A DNA stretch of 64,000 bases, taken from the NCBI GenBank assembly GCA_050733195.1, contig JBOHSH010000114.1, positions 5,389-69,388 of the forward strand, given 5' to 3'. The DNA is from Gemmatimonadales bacterium (lineage in GTDB: Bacteria > Gemmatimonadota > Gemmatimonadetes > Gemmatimonadales > GWC2-71-9). Each line of letters opens with the position of its first letter. The first letter of the stretch is position 1. Both the position numbers and the translations under genes were made by a program. Positions 17,668-25,289 of the stretch are shown here, one piece after another. The notes beneath the pieces are model-generated. The model saw only the letters and a list, made by a program, of their open reading frames with translations, was not told where the DNA came from and made no database searches.

Positions 17668-18296
17668 CGAACGGCCTCCCGGCCGGCCGGCCGTCTGGCC
17701 GTCCGGCAACCCGCGCAGCGCTCATCGCCGGAGGCCTGGCGACCCGGATGGGCGGGCTGCCGAAAGGCTTGCTCGAAGTCGGGGGAACGCGCATTCTGGA
17801 TCGGCTGGTGGAGGCCGTGGTCGAGGCCTTCGGGGCGCCGCCCCTCCTCGTGGCCAACGCGCCCGAGTCCGCGGGGTGGCGGGCGGATCTCCGCGCGGTC
17901 TCCGATACCCGGCCGGGCGGCGGGGTCCTCTCCGGGCTCCTCACGGCGGTGCTGGAGACCCCCGCCCCAGTGGTCTGTGTCGCGTGGGACATGCCGTTCG
18001 TCCCCGCCGCTTTACTGGTCGGGCTGGCCGAGGGGCTGTCGGAGCACGACGTCTGTCTCCCGGCGAGCGGCGGGCGCCGCGGTGTGGAGCCGCTCTGTGC
18101 GGCGTACGGTCCCGGCTGCGCGGAGCCGATCGAGCGGGCCATCGCCCGCGGGGACCTCCGCGCCATCGCGTTCCACGACGAGGTCCGGGTGCGGGTGCTT
18201 CCGGAAGAGCAGGTGCGTCGCTTCGGCGACCCGGCCCGGCTCTTCTTCAACGTCAACACGGCGGACGATCTCGCCCTCGCCGACAGGATGGTCTGA
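17664..18296 (+). CDS. mobA: molybdenum cofactor guanylyltransferase
   Basis: 210 aa, the tail of track ORF 17031..18296. AALIAGGLATRMGGLPKGLLEVGG and the DMPF motif. ATGA overlap with the fdhD stop. Confidence 0.85.
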   Translation: MTNGLPAGRPSGRPATRAALIAGGLATRMGGLPKGLLEVGGTRILDRLVEAVVEAFGAPPLLVANAPESAGWRADLRAVSDTRPGGGVLSGLLTAVLETPAPVVCVAWDMPFVPAALLVGLAEGLSEHDVCLPASGGRRGVEPLCAAYGPGCAEPIERAIARGDLRAIAFHDEVRVRVLPEEQVRRFGDPARLFFNVNTADDLALADRMV

Positions 18297-18830
18297 GTGG
18301 GCCGTCTGGTCTCGATCATCGGGCACAAGAACGCGGGAAAGACGACGCTCGTGGCGGCCATCGCGCGCGAGCTGAAGCGCCACCGGCGCACGGTCGGCGT
18401 CATCAAGCACGCGTCGCATCCGGTGGAGGTGGACCGGGAAGGCACCGATTCCTGGCGGCACTTCCACGAAGGCCTGGCTGACGGCGTGGTCGTGGCCTCC
18501 CCCGAGCTCCGGGTGGCGTTCGAGCGGAAGAAGGACGAGTCGGGGCCCGAGGATCTGGCCCGGCGCTACTTCGCCGACATGGACATCGTGCTGGTGGAAG
18601 GGTTCAAGACGGCGCCGGTGCCCAAGATCGAGGTGTGGCGGCGCGAAGTCGCGAAGGCGCCGCTCTATTCGTCGACGCTCCCCAATGCCGCGGACTGGAT
18701 CGCCGTCCTCTGCGATGATCCCCGCTTCTCCGCGCCGGTCCGGGTGCTGCACTTCACGGACACCATGTGGCTCACCGTGATCACGGCCCTGATCCTCGAT
18801 CGGGGCAAGCCGCTCGACCCCGCGCCGTGA
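18297..18830 (+). CDS. mobB: molybdopterin-guanine dinucleotide biosynthesis adapter protein
   Basis: 177 aa. P-loop IIGHKNAGKTTL and ..IKH....vD.eGtDSwrh. Confidence 0.85.
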   Translation: MGRLVSIIGHKNAGKTTLVAAIARELKRHRRTVGVIKHASHPVEVDREGTDSWRHFHEGLADGVVVASPELRVAFERKKDESGPEDLARRYFADMDIVLVEGFKTAPVPKIEVWRREVAKAPLYSSTLPNAADWIAVLCDDPRFSAPVRVLHFTDTMWLTVITALILDRGKPLDPAP

Positions 18831-20089
18831 GCGATCCGGGACCGCTCGCTCCCGCCGAAGCGGCCCGACGCATACTCGCCGCGATTCCGCGACAGCCGGA
18901 GCTCAGGATCCCGCTCGACGATGCGCTGGGTGCCGTGCTCGCGCGTCAGGTGGTGAGCCCGCTCGATATCCCCGCGCACACCAATTCCGCCATGGACGGG
19001 TACGCCGCCCGGTCCGAGGACGTTCGCGGCGCGACCGCGGAGGCGCCCCGGCGGCTCCGTGTCGTCGAGACCATTCCGGCCGGGCGATTCCCCTCCGTCG
19101 CGATCGTCGCCGGTCAGGCCGCCCGCATCTTCACCGGGGCTCCCCTCCCCGAGGGCGCCGACTCGGTGATCCGCCAGGAAGACACCGACCAGGGCGTCGA
19201 GGAGGTGCGGGTCTTCAAGGATCGGGACGCCGGCGTGAACATCCGGCGCGCCGGCGAGGATCTGCGCAAAGGTGATGTGGCGCTCGAGCCCGGCTGCGAG
19301 CTGGGGCCGGCGGAGCTCGGCGTGCTCGCCTCGCTCGCGGTGGCCCACCCGGTCGTCTACCGCCGGCCCCGCGTCGCGATCCTCGGCAGCGGCGACGAGA
19401 TCGCCGACCTGGACCGCCCGGAGGAGATCCTGAGCGGCCGAAAGGTCGCGAGCTCCAACACCCATACGCTCCTCGCGCTCGTCCGCCGGGCGGGCGGGGA
19501 GCCCGTCAACCTCGGCATCGCGGCGGACACCAGGGAGAGCGTGCGCGACCATCTGCTGCGCGGGCTCGAGTGCGACCTCCTCGTCACGACCGCGGGCATC
19601 AGCGTGGGGGAGCACGACCACCTCCGCGCCGTGCTGGGTGAGCTCGGAGCCGACCTCCGGTTCTGGAAGCTCCGCATGCGACCGGGGGCGCCGGTGGGGT
19701 TCGGCATCCTGCGAGGCGTGCCGTGGATCGGGCTTCCGGGCAACCCCGTGAGCACGATGGTGACGTTCGAGCTCTTCGTCCGGCCGGCCATCCGCCACAT
19801 GATGGGCCACTCGCTCCCCTTCCGGCGCGCGGTGCCGGTGCGGGTAGCGGAACCGATCCGGCTGGGACCGCGGCTGCAGCATTTTCTGAGGGGAGTCGTC
19901 ACACCGGGCGGCAACGGCCGGCTCGAGGCGCGGCTGACCGGACCTCAAGGCTCGGGGATCCTCACCTCGATGGTGAAGGCGAACGCGCTGCTGGTGGTTC
20001 CGGAGGGACAGCATGAGACACCGGCGGGCGAGGAGATCCAGGCCGTGCTGCTGGATGACCCGCGGCACGTCGCCGAGCCCCCATGGTGA
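18827..20089 (+). CDS. moeA: molybdopterin molybdenumtransferase
   Basis: SPLDIPAHTNSAMDGYA.., TTAGISVGEHD and GLPGNPVS. GTG 18827 overlaps the mobB stop (GTGA). The track ORF begins 60 nt further upstream. Confidence 0.9.
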   Translation: MSDPGPLAPAEAARRILAAIPRQPELRIPLDDALGAVLARQVVSPLDIPAHTNSAMDGYAARSEDVRGATAEAPRRLRVVETIPAGRFPSVAIVAGQAARIFTGAPLPEGADSVIRQEDTDQGVEEVRVFKDRDAGVNIRRAGEDLRKGDVALEPGCELGPAELGVLASLAVAHPVVYRRPRVAILGSGDEIADLDRPEEILSGRKVASSNTHTLLALVRRAGGEPVNLGIAADTRESVRDHLLRGLECDLLVTTAGISVGEHDHLRAVLGELGADLRFWKLRMRPGAPVGFGILRGVPWIGLPGNPVSTMVTFELFVRPAIRHMMGHSLPFRRAVPVRVAEPIRLGPRLQHFLRGVVTPGGNGRLEARLTGPQGSGILTSMVKANALLVVPEGQHETPAGEEIQAVLLDDPRHVAEPPW

Positions 20090-20092
20090 CGC

Positions 20093-20122
20093 GACGGTCA
20101 ACCCCGTCAACCGTCAACCTTT
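20093..20122. repeat. tandem heptamer array (CGTCAAC)n, about 4 units
   Basis: gacggtcaaccccgtcaaccgtcaaccttt, between the convergent moeA stop and the TerB-like gene stop (TGA 20114-20116, inside the array). Confidence 0.85.
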
Positions 20123-21112
20123 CTCTACCGTCACCGTGCCCTTGAGCGTGGCCATCAACCGGTCGAGGTCCAGGCGCTGCGACTGGGCCCGGATCTCGTC
20201 CTGCACCTTGGGCAGCAGCTCCCGCGCCTCGGTCCGGAACCGGCGGGCGAGCGCTTCGAGGTCCTCCCTGGAGAGCTTGCCTCCCTGCGCGTAGTACTGC
20301 TTGGCGATGTGCCCCAGCGCGTACGTCGAGGCGAAGGCCAGGCCCATCCCCGTCACGGCGCCGGCCGCGCCGCCCGCCACCCCGCCGAACAGCCGGCCGA
20401 GCAGCCCGCGGCCTAACCCGCCCAGGGTCTTGCGCGCGACGCCGTCGAGAACCTGGGTGACCGCGCCGACCCCGAGCGCCCCGAGCAGCACCGTGACCTG
20501 CTGCTGGTCGGGCTTCTGGCCGACATCGGCGCCGATGCGATGCACCAGCCGGAGCTGCACGGGAATGACGGCGAGGGTGGCGAGGGTCTGAGGCAGGAGC
20601 TCGAGCGCCCCGGCCAGGAGCGCGTGCTGCCGGATCATCGCGTCGATCGCGGCGTCCGGCGTGACGGCGGGGATGCCGGCCTGCGAGGGTCTGGGTCCCG
20701 ATCCTCCGCCGCTTTCGAGGGTGAGCGGCGGTCCCGGCAGCGGCGCGGTCGCGAGACCCCTGGCGTCGCGTCCCATGCGCTCCAGGTCCGGGTCCGTGCC
20801 GAGTCCGAGGTGGGTCCGCAGCTCCTCGAGAAAGCGGCGCTCCTGCTCGGAGAGATCGCCGTCGGCGTAGCAGATCGACACCGCCATCTCGTAGGCGGTG
20901 CGCCGGGCATGGGCCGTGGAGATGCTCCGCGCCGCCTCCCCCGCGTCCACGGTCGCGGTGCGGAGCCGGGCGAAGAGGGCGGGCATGTCCGTCACCCCCA
21001 GGTCCTCCATGACCTGCTCGAACTGTTCCTGCTCCTCGGGGGATCGCCCGCCATCCACGCGCGCGGCGAGGAGACAGATCGTCACGATGGCGTCGCGGTC
21101 TTGGTCGCGCAC
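20114..21112 (-). CDS. TerB-like N-terminal domain protein with DUF697-like amphipathic/Gly-rich C-terminal domain
   Basis: 332 aa, GTG start. N-terminus AIVTICLLAARVDGGRSPEEQEQFEQVM..ICYADGDLSEQERRFLEEL (TerB fold pattern). C-terminus LPQTLATLAVIPVQLRLVHRIG..GLGRGLLGRLFGGVAGGAAGAVTG. Assigned from memory. Confidence 0.55.
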   Translation of the reverse strand: MRDQDRDAIVTICLLAARVDGGRSPEEQEQFEQVMEDLGVTDMPALFARLRTATVDAGEAARSISTAHARRTAYEMAVSICYADGDLSEQERRFLEELRTHLGLGTDPDLERMGRDARGLATAPLPGPPLTLESGGGSGPRPSQAGIPAVTPDAAIDAMIRQHALLAGALELLPQTLATLAVIPVQLRLVHRIGADVGQKPDQQQVTVLLGALGVGAVTQVLDGVARKTLGGLGRGLLGRLFGGVAGGAAGAVTGMGLAFASTYALGHIAKQYYAQGGKLSREDLEALARRFRTEARELLPKVQDEIRAQSQRLDLDRLMATLKGTVTVEKG

Positions 21113-21117
21113 AGGGG

Positions 21118-21218
21118 GTTCTGAGTTCTGAGTTCTGAGTTCTGAGTTCTGAGTTCTGAGTTCCGGTCAACTGTCAACGGTCGCCCGTCAACCATCAACC
21201 GTCAACCTCAACGTCACC
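21118..21218. repeat. composite array: (GTTCTGA)x7 followed by (GTCAACN)n
   Basis: gttctga x7 (21118-21164), then ggtcaactgtcaacggtcgcccgtcaaccatcaaccgtcaacctcaacgtcacc (21165-21218). It lies upstream of the TerB-like start and downstream of the DUF2911 gene. Confidence 0.9.
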
Positions 21219-21278
21219 GACTCCAGCGGCAGTTGGCGTAGGAGGGGACGACCTCGCCGCGGGAGCGCGCACGGCCGC

Positions 21279-21806
21279 TCAGGGCCTGATCGTGAACCTC
21301 GCGATCGCCTCGGTCCGGTCCCAGGCGAGCCGGAGCAGCCCGGCTCCACCCTCCAGCGCCTCGATCCGGATCAGAAACTGCTCGACCGTTTCCGGCAGGG
21401 CGGCCGGGGACAGGGACACCCTGGCGACGATGCTGTCCGGATTGAAGTCGAGCCCATAGCGGCCGGCGGGCCGGCTCACGATCAGCACCCAGCGTCCGGG
21501 GGAAGGGGACGGAACCGTGAAGAGGGTGAACCGGCCCGGAGGGATCTCGGCAGCGTCGAAGGCCAGGGTCCGGTCGCTGATGAGCGTGGTCGCTTCATTG
21601 GCGCCGGTTCGCCAGACCCGATCCCACGGCACCAGGGCACCGAAGATCTCCCGTCCCCGCTTCGACGGGCGGCCGTAGTCGATGAGGATAGTGGCCGGAC
21701 CGACACGGGCCCGCGCCGTATCGCGCGGCGAGAGCAGCGGCTGCTGCGCGGCCAGGCTTGCAGGCAGGAGGGTCAAACAAGCCGCCAACAGCATTCGGAA
21801 TCGCAT
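21279..21806 (-). CDS. DUF2911-like secreted protein
   Basis: 175 aa. Signal peptide LTLLPASLAAQ; IDYGRPSKRGREIFG.LVPWDRVWRTGANEATTL matches the DUF2911 pattern as I recall it. Confidence 0.65.
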   Translation of the reverse strand: MRFRMLLAACLTLLPASLAAQQPLLSPRDTARARVGPATILIDYGRPSKRGREIFGALVPWDRVWRTGANEATTLISDRTLAFDAAEIPPGRFTLFTVPSPSPGRWVLIVSRPAGRYGLDFNPDSIVARVSLSPAALPETVEQFLIRIEALEGGAGLLRLAWDRTEAIARFTIRP

Positions 21807-21813
21807 TCGCTTC

Positions 21814-21874
21814 CTAGCTCCCTGGCTCCCTGGCTCCCTGACTCCCTGGCTCCCTGGCTCCCTGGCTCCCTAGC
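21814..21874. repeat. tandem octamer array (CTCCCTGG)n, 7 units
   Basis: ctag ctccctgg ctccctgg ctccctga ctccctgg ctccctgg ctccctgg ctccctag c, in the divergent region between the DUF2911 gene and the htpX leader. Confidence 0.9.
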
Positions 21875-21890
21875 TACTACTTTTCCGCCC

Positions 21891-22017
21891 CGAAGGGGAG
21901 TAGCTCGTCCGTCGGAGGACGGACTGCGGAATCGTCAGGACTGTCGGCCGGACGGCCGGCACGGTTCCGCGGGGCACCGGAGAGCCATGCTGCTCCGGAT
22001 GCAGAGCGAGACCTTCG
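21891..22017 (+). promoter_or_regulatory. yybP-ykoY (Mn2+) riboswitch aptamer
   Basis: The 5' side CGAAGG-GGAGUAGC (21891-21904) matches the invariant GGGGAGUAGC. The 3' side AGCGAGA-CCUUCG (22004-22017) matches ..AGCAAGACCUUU. CGAAGG/CCUUCG form P1. Internal hairpins are GUCCGUC-GGA-GGACGGAC and GCGGAAUC..GGUUCCGC. It sits in the 5' leader of a TerC-family gene, the classic context. Confidence 0.75.
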
Positions 22018-22059
22018 TCGGCCGCCGGAAGGCGGCAGGACGAAGGTCTTTTGTCTTTT
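22010..22059 (+). terminator. intrinsic terminator forming the riboswitch expression platform
   Basis: GACCUUCGUC(G GCCGCC GGAA GGCGGC AG)GACGAAGGUC followed by UUUUGUCUUUU. Its 5' arm contains the 3' strand of riboswitch P1, so the two structures are mutually exclusive. SD GGGGGAG and ATG 22072 follow. Confidence 0.7.
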
Positions 22060-22071
22060 GGGGGAGTGGAC

Positions 22072-22905
22072 ATGAACAACGCCAAGACGTTCCTGCTGAT
22101 GGGCAGCCTCATGGCCCTGTTCCTGCTCGCCGGGCAGCTGCTCGGCGGCTCGAGCGGGCTCGTGACCGCCTTCGTGCTGGGCTCGCTCATGAACTTCGCG
22201 ATGTACTTCTGGTCCGACAAGCTGGTGCTCCGGATGTACCGGGCCCACATCGTGACCCCGGAGCACGAGCCCCAGCTCTTCGCCCTGGTCGACCGGCTGC
22301 GGCAGCAGGCCGGCCTGCCGATGCCGACGCTCGCGGTCACGGAGCAGGAGCAGCCGAATGCTTTCGCGACGGGACGGAGCCCCGAGCGGGCCGTCGTGGC
22401 CGTCACCCGCGGACTCCTTCACTTCCTCCCGATCGACGAAGTGGAGGCGGTGATCGCGCACGAGCTGGCGCACATCAAGAACCGCGACATGCTCATCGCC
22501 ACCGTCGCCGCGGGCATCGCCGGGGCGGTGAGCTACCTCCCGTACCTCCTCATGTTCGGGGGCCGCGACGACGAAGGACGGCATCCGGCGCTCGACCTCG
22601 TGCTGCTGCTGCTCGCGCCGATCGCGGCCACCATCATCCAGCTGGCCATCTCCCGGCAGCGGGAGTTCGAGGCCGACCGGGTCGGCGCGGAGATTCTGGG
22701 GCGTCCCCAGCCGCTCGCGAGCGCGCTCACGCGGCTCGACAAGCTCGCGCACCAGATCCCGATGCACGTGGCGCCCGCGGCGGCGCCGCTCGCGCAGGTG
22801 AATCCGCTCGCGGCCCAGGGACGGGGCTTCAGCAGGCTCTTCAGCACCCACCCGCCTACCGAAGAGCGCGTGGCGGCGCTGCTCGCCCTCGCCGGCCGTC
22901 GCTGA
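22072..22905 (+). CDS. htpX: M48-family zinc metalloprotease HtpX
   Basis: MNNAKTFLLMG.., HELAHIKNRD (HExxH) and ..FSTHPPTEERV. The track start TTG 22051 lies inside the terminator U-tract and is rejected. Confidence 0.9.
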   Translation: MNNAKTFLLMGSLMALFLLAGQLLGGSSGLVTAFVLGSLMNFAMYFWSDKLVLRMYRAHIVTPEHEPQLFALVDRLRQQAGLPMPTLAVTEQEQPNAFATGRSPERAVVAVTRGLLHFLPIDEVEAVIAHELAHIKNRDMLIATVAAGIAGAVSYLPYLLMFGGRDDEGRHPALDLVLLLLAPIAATIIQLAISRQREFEADRVGAEILGRPQPLASALTRLDKLAHQIPMHVAPAAAPLAQVNPLAAQGRGFSRLFSTHPPTEERVAALLALAGRR

Positions 22906-23853
22906 GTGGACCTGCCCACGCACGAGCCGTGGGTCTGGGGGGCGTTCACCGCCCTCGTCGCGGTACTGCTGGTCCTCGACCTCGGGGTCCTCAACCGGCG
23001 GTCGCACACCCTCACGATGAAGGAGTCCACGACCTGGAGCGCCGGGCTCATCACCCTGGCGCTCCTGTTCGGGCTCTTTCTCCTCTGGCAGGAGGGCACC
23101 ACCTCGGCGCTCGAGTACTACTCGGGGTATCTCATCGAGCTCTCGCTCAGCGTCGACAACCTGTTCGTCTTCCTTCTCATCTTCCAGTACTTCGCGGTGC
23201 CCGCGGAGCTCCAGCCGCGGGTGCTCAAGTGGGGGATCATGAGCGCGGTGGTCCTGCGCGGAATCATGATCACCCTGGGCGCGCTCCTCCTCGAGCGTTT
23301 CCACTGGATCACCTGGGTCTTCGGCGGCATCCTGCTCCTCACCGGCATCCGGATGCTCCGGGTCGAGGAGATCCGGATCCAGCCGGAGAGGAATCCCCTC
23401 GTCAAGCTGGTCCGCCGGTTCGTGCCGGTGACGCCCGCGTACGAAGACGCGCACTTTCTCGTCCGCACCCTGGTGACGAAGAGATGGATGGCCACGCCGC
23501 TCCTTCTCGTGCTCGTCGTGGTGGAGTGGAGCGACATCGTGTTCGCGATCGACAGCATTCCGGCCATCTTCGCCGTCACCAAGGACCCGTTCATCGTCTA
23601 CAGCTCGAACGTCTTCGCCATCCTGGGCCTCCGCGCGCTCTACTTCGTTCTGGCGGGGGCGATGGACCGCTTCACCTACCTCAAGCCCGCGGTCGCGCTG
23701 ATCCTCGTCTTCGTGGGGATCAAGATGACCACGAGCGTCTGGATCCACGTGCCGACCCCGATCTCCCTGATCGTGATCGTGAGCCTGCTGGCGATCGGGG
23801 TGGCGGCGTCGCTGCTGAAGCCGCCGGACCGGGAGACCGCCAGCCCCGGATGA
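22906..23853 (+). CDS. TerC-family integral membrane protein (Alx/MeeF-like putative Mn2+ exporter)
   Basis: 315 aa. YSGYLIELSLSVDNLFVFLLIF and ..VVEWSDIVFAIDSIPAIFAVT.DPFIVYSSNVFAILGLRALYF are the duplicated TerC motifs. It starts immediately after the htpX stop. Confidence 0.9.
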   Translation: MDLPTHEPWVWGAFTALVAVLLVLDLGVLNRRSHTLTMKESTTWSAGLITLALLFGLFLLWQEGTTSALEYYSGYLIELSLSVDNLFVFLLIFQYFAVPAELQPRVLKWGIMSAVVLRGIMITLGALLLERFHWITWVFGGILLLTGIRMLRVEEIRIQPERNPLVKLVRRFVPVTPAYEDAHFLVRTLVTKRWMATPLLLVLVVVEWSDIVFAIDSIPAIFAVTKDPFIVYSSNVFAILGLRALYFVLAGAMDRFTYLKPAVALILVFVGIKMTTSVWIHVPTPISLIVIVSLLAIGVAASLLKPPDRETASPG

Positions 23854-25006
23854 CCCGTTCACCCCCCGTTCCCCGTTCCCCGTTCCAGGCCAGGATCCCC
23901 CCGGCGAGATTAGCCACGTTGGTGAACCCGGCTCCCCGGAGCTGGTCGGCCGCCTTCGCGCCGCGCACCCCCGCCTTGCAGTAGACCACGATGGCCCGGT
24001 CGCGGGGGAGCGACGGGAGGTGGTCACCGAGGACGCCGAGCGGCACGAGACGGGCCCCCGCGATTCGGCCGGTCGCCCACTCCTCCGGCTCCCGGACGTC
24101 GAGGAGAAGGGGCGGGTCGCCGGCCGCGAGAGCGGCCTCGAGCGCTTCCGGCTCGATCCATTCGCCGGTGCCGGCCGGCTCGGGCGCGTCGCAGGCGTAG
24201 TGTTCATCCCGGAGCTCGCGGATCTCGCGCGTGCCGCAGGCCGGACAGGCGGGGTCCTTGCGCACGCGCACCGTCCGGAACTCGAGGTCGAGCGCGTTCA
24301 CGAGGAGGAGCCGTCCCACGAGCGGCCGCCCCGCGCCCAGCAGGAGCTTGATCGTCTCGGTCGCCTGGATGGTTCCGATCAGGCCCGGCAGCACCCCTAA
24401 CACGCCGCCTTCGGCACAGCTCGGCACGGAGCCCGGCGGCGGCGCGGTCCGGAAGAGGCAGCGGTAACAGGGCCCGCCGGCCACGCCGAAGACCGACGCC
24501 TGGCCCTCGAACCGGAAGATGCTCCCGTAGACGTTCGGGATCCCGAGGATCACGGCCGCGTCGTTGACGAGAAAGCGCGCGCCGAAGTTGTCGGTCCCGT
24601 CCACGACGACGTCGTAGCCCTCCAGCAGCTCGAGCGCGTTCCCGGCGGTGAGCAGGGTCTCGTGGCATTCCAGCCGGACGTGCGGGTTCACGTCGGTGAG
24701 CCGCCGGCGTGCCGAGGCGAGCTTGGAGCGGCCGACGTCGCTCGTCCCATGGAGCACCTGCCGTTGCAGGTTGCTGAGCTCGACGGCGTCCGAATCCACC
24801 AGGCCGAGGCGCCCGACACCCGCCGCGGCGAGGTAGAGCGCGAGCGGCGAGCCGAGCCCGCCGGCGCCCACGATCAGGACGCTGGAGCGCTTGAGGCGGA
24901 GCTGGCCCTCGGCGCCCACCTCCGGCAGGATGAGGTGGCGGTCGTATCGCACCAGCTCCTCCCGGGAGAGCCCGGGCCAGGGCCGCGCGGCAGTCGCGGT
25001 GGTCAT
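23720..25006 (-). CDS. MoeB/ThiF-type sulfur-carrier adenylyltransferase fused to rhodanese (MoeZ-like)
   Basis: 428 aa. YDRHLILPEVG..VLIVGAGGLGSP, CYRCLF..CAEGGVLG, and a rhodanese domain with VVYCKAGVRG. The last roughly 55 residues after ..GGILAW read through the heptamer array and overlap terC antisense; this tail is probably non-native. Confidence 0.85.
   Translation of the reverse strand: MTTATAARPWPGLSREELVRYDRHLILPEVGAEGQLRLKRSSVLIVGAGGLGSPLALYLAAAGVGRLGLVDSDAVELSNLQRQVLHGTSDVGRSKLASARRRLTDVNPHVRLECHETLLTAGNALELLEGYDVVVDGTDNFGARFLVNDAAVILGIPNVYGSIFRFEGQASVFGVAGGPCYRCLFRTAPPPGSVPSCAEGGVLGVLPGLIGTIQATETIKLLLGAGRPLVGRLLLVNALDLEFRTVRVRKDPACPACGTREIRELRDEHYACDAPEPAGTGEWIEPEALEAALAAGDPPLLLDVREPEEWATGRIAGARLVPLGVLGDHLPSLPRDRAIVVYCKAGVRGAKAADQLRGAGFTNVANLAGGILAWNGERGTGGERVIRGWRSPGPAASAATPPPRSPAGSRSRSGRSGSARGSRRSWSS
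23854..23886. repeat. tandem heptamer array (CCGTTCC/CCGTTCA)n, about 4.5 units
   Basis: cccgttcaccccccgttccccgttccccgttcc, directly after the terC stop. It is translated as ..NGERGTGGER.. within the antisense moeZ-like ORF. Confidence 0.85.
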
Positions 25007-25010
25007 CGCG

Positions 25011-25289
25011 TCATCCTCCCGCGACGGCCGGAACGACCGTGACGACGTCGCCGTCCCGGAGCGGTGTCGAGAACCCGCCGAGGAACCGGGCGTCCTCGTC
25101 GTTGACGTAGAGATTCACGTGGGGATAGACGTCGCCCTTCGCGTCGCGCAGCCGCTCGGCGAGCGCGGGGTATCGGCGTCCCACCTCGCTCACGACCTCG
25201 CCGAGCGTCCGGCCGTTCGCCTGGAGCGTCGAGGCGTTCTCCGCGTGCCGGGCGAGCACCGTGGGGACCTGCAGCGTAATCGGCATCAC
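25011..25289 (-). CDS. MoaD/ThiS-family sulfur carrier protein (C-terminal GG)
   Basis: 92 aa, ending ..DGDVVTVVPAVAGG. ATGA overlap with the upstream ThrC-like gene. Confidence 0.8.
   Translation of the reverse strand: MMPITLQVPTVLARHAENASTLQANGRTLGEVVSEVGRRYPALAERLRDAKGDVYPHVNLYVNDEDARFLGGFSTPLRDGDVVTVVPAVAGG

Noticed and set aside
22051-22071. TTG start of the htpX track ORF
   Set aside because: It lies within the terminator U-tract and upstream of the SD GGGGGAG. ATG 22072 gives the conserved HtpX N-terminus MNNAKT.
21877-24207. 776-aa ORF on the - strand
   Set aside because: It is antisense to htpX and terC, both of which have clear motifs. The translation is an Arg/Glu/Asp/His-rich shadow.
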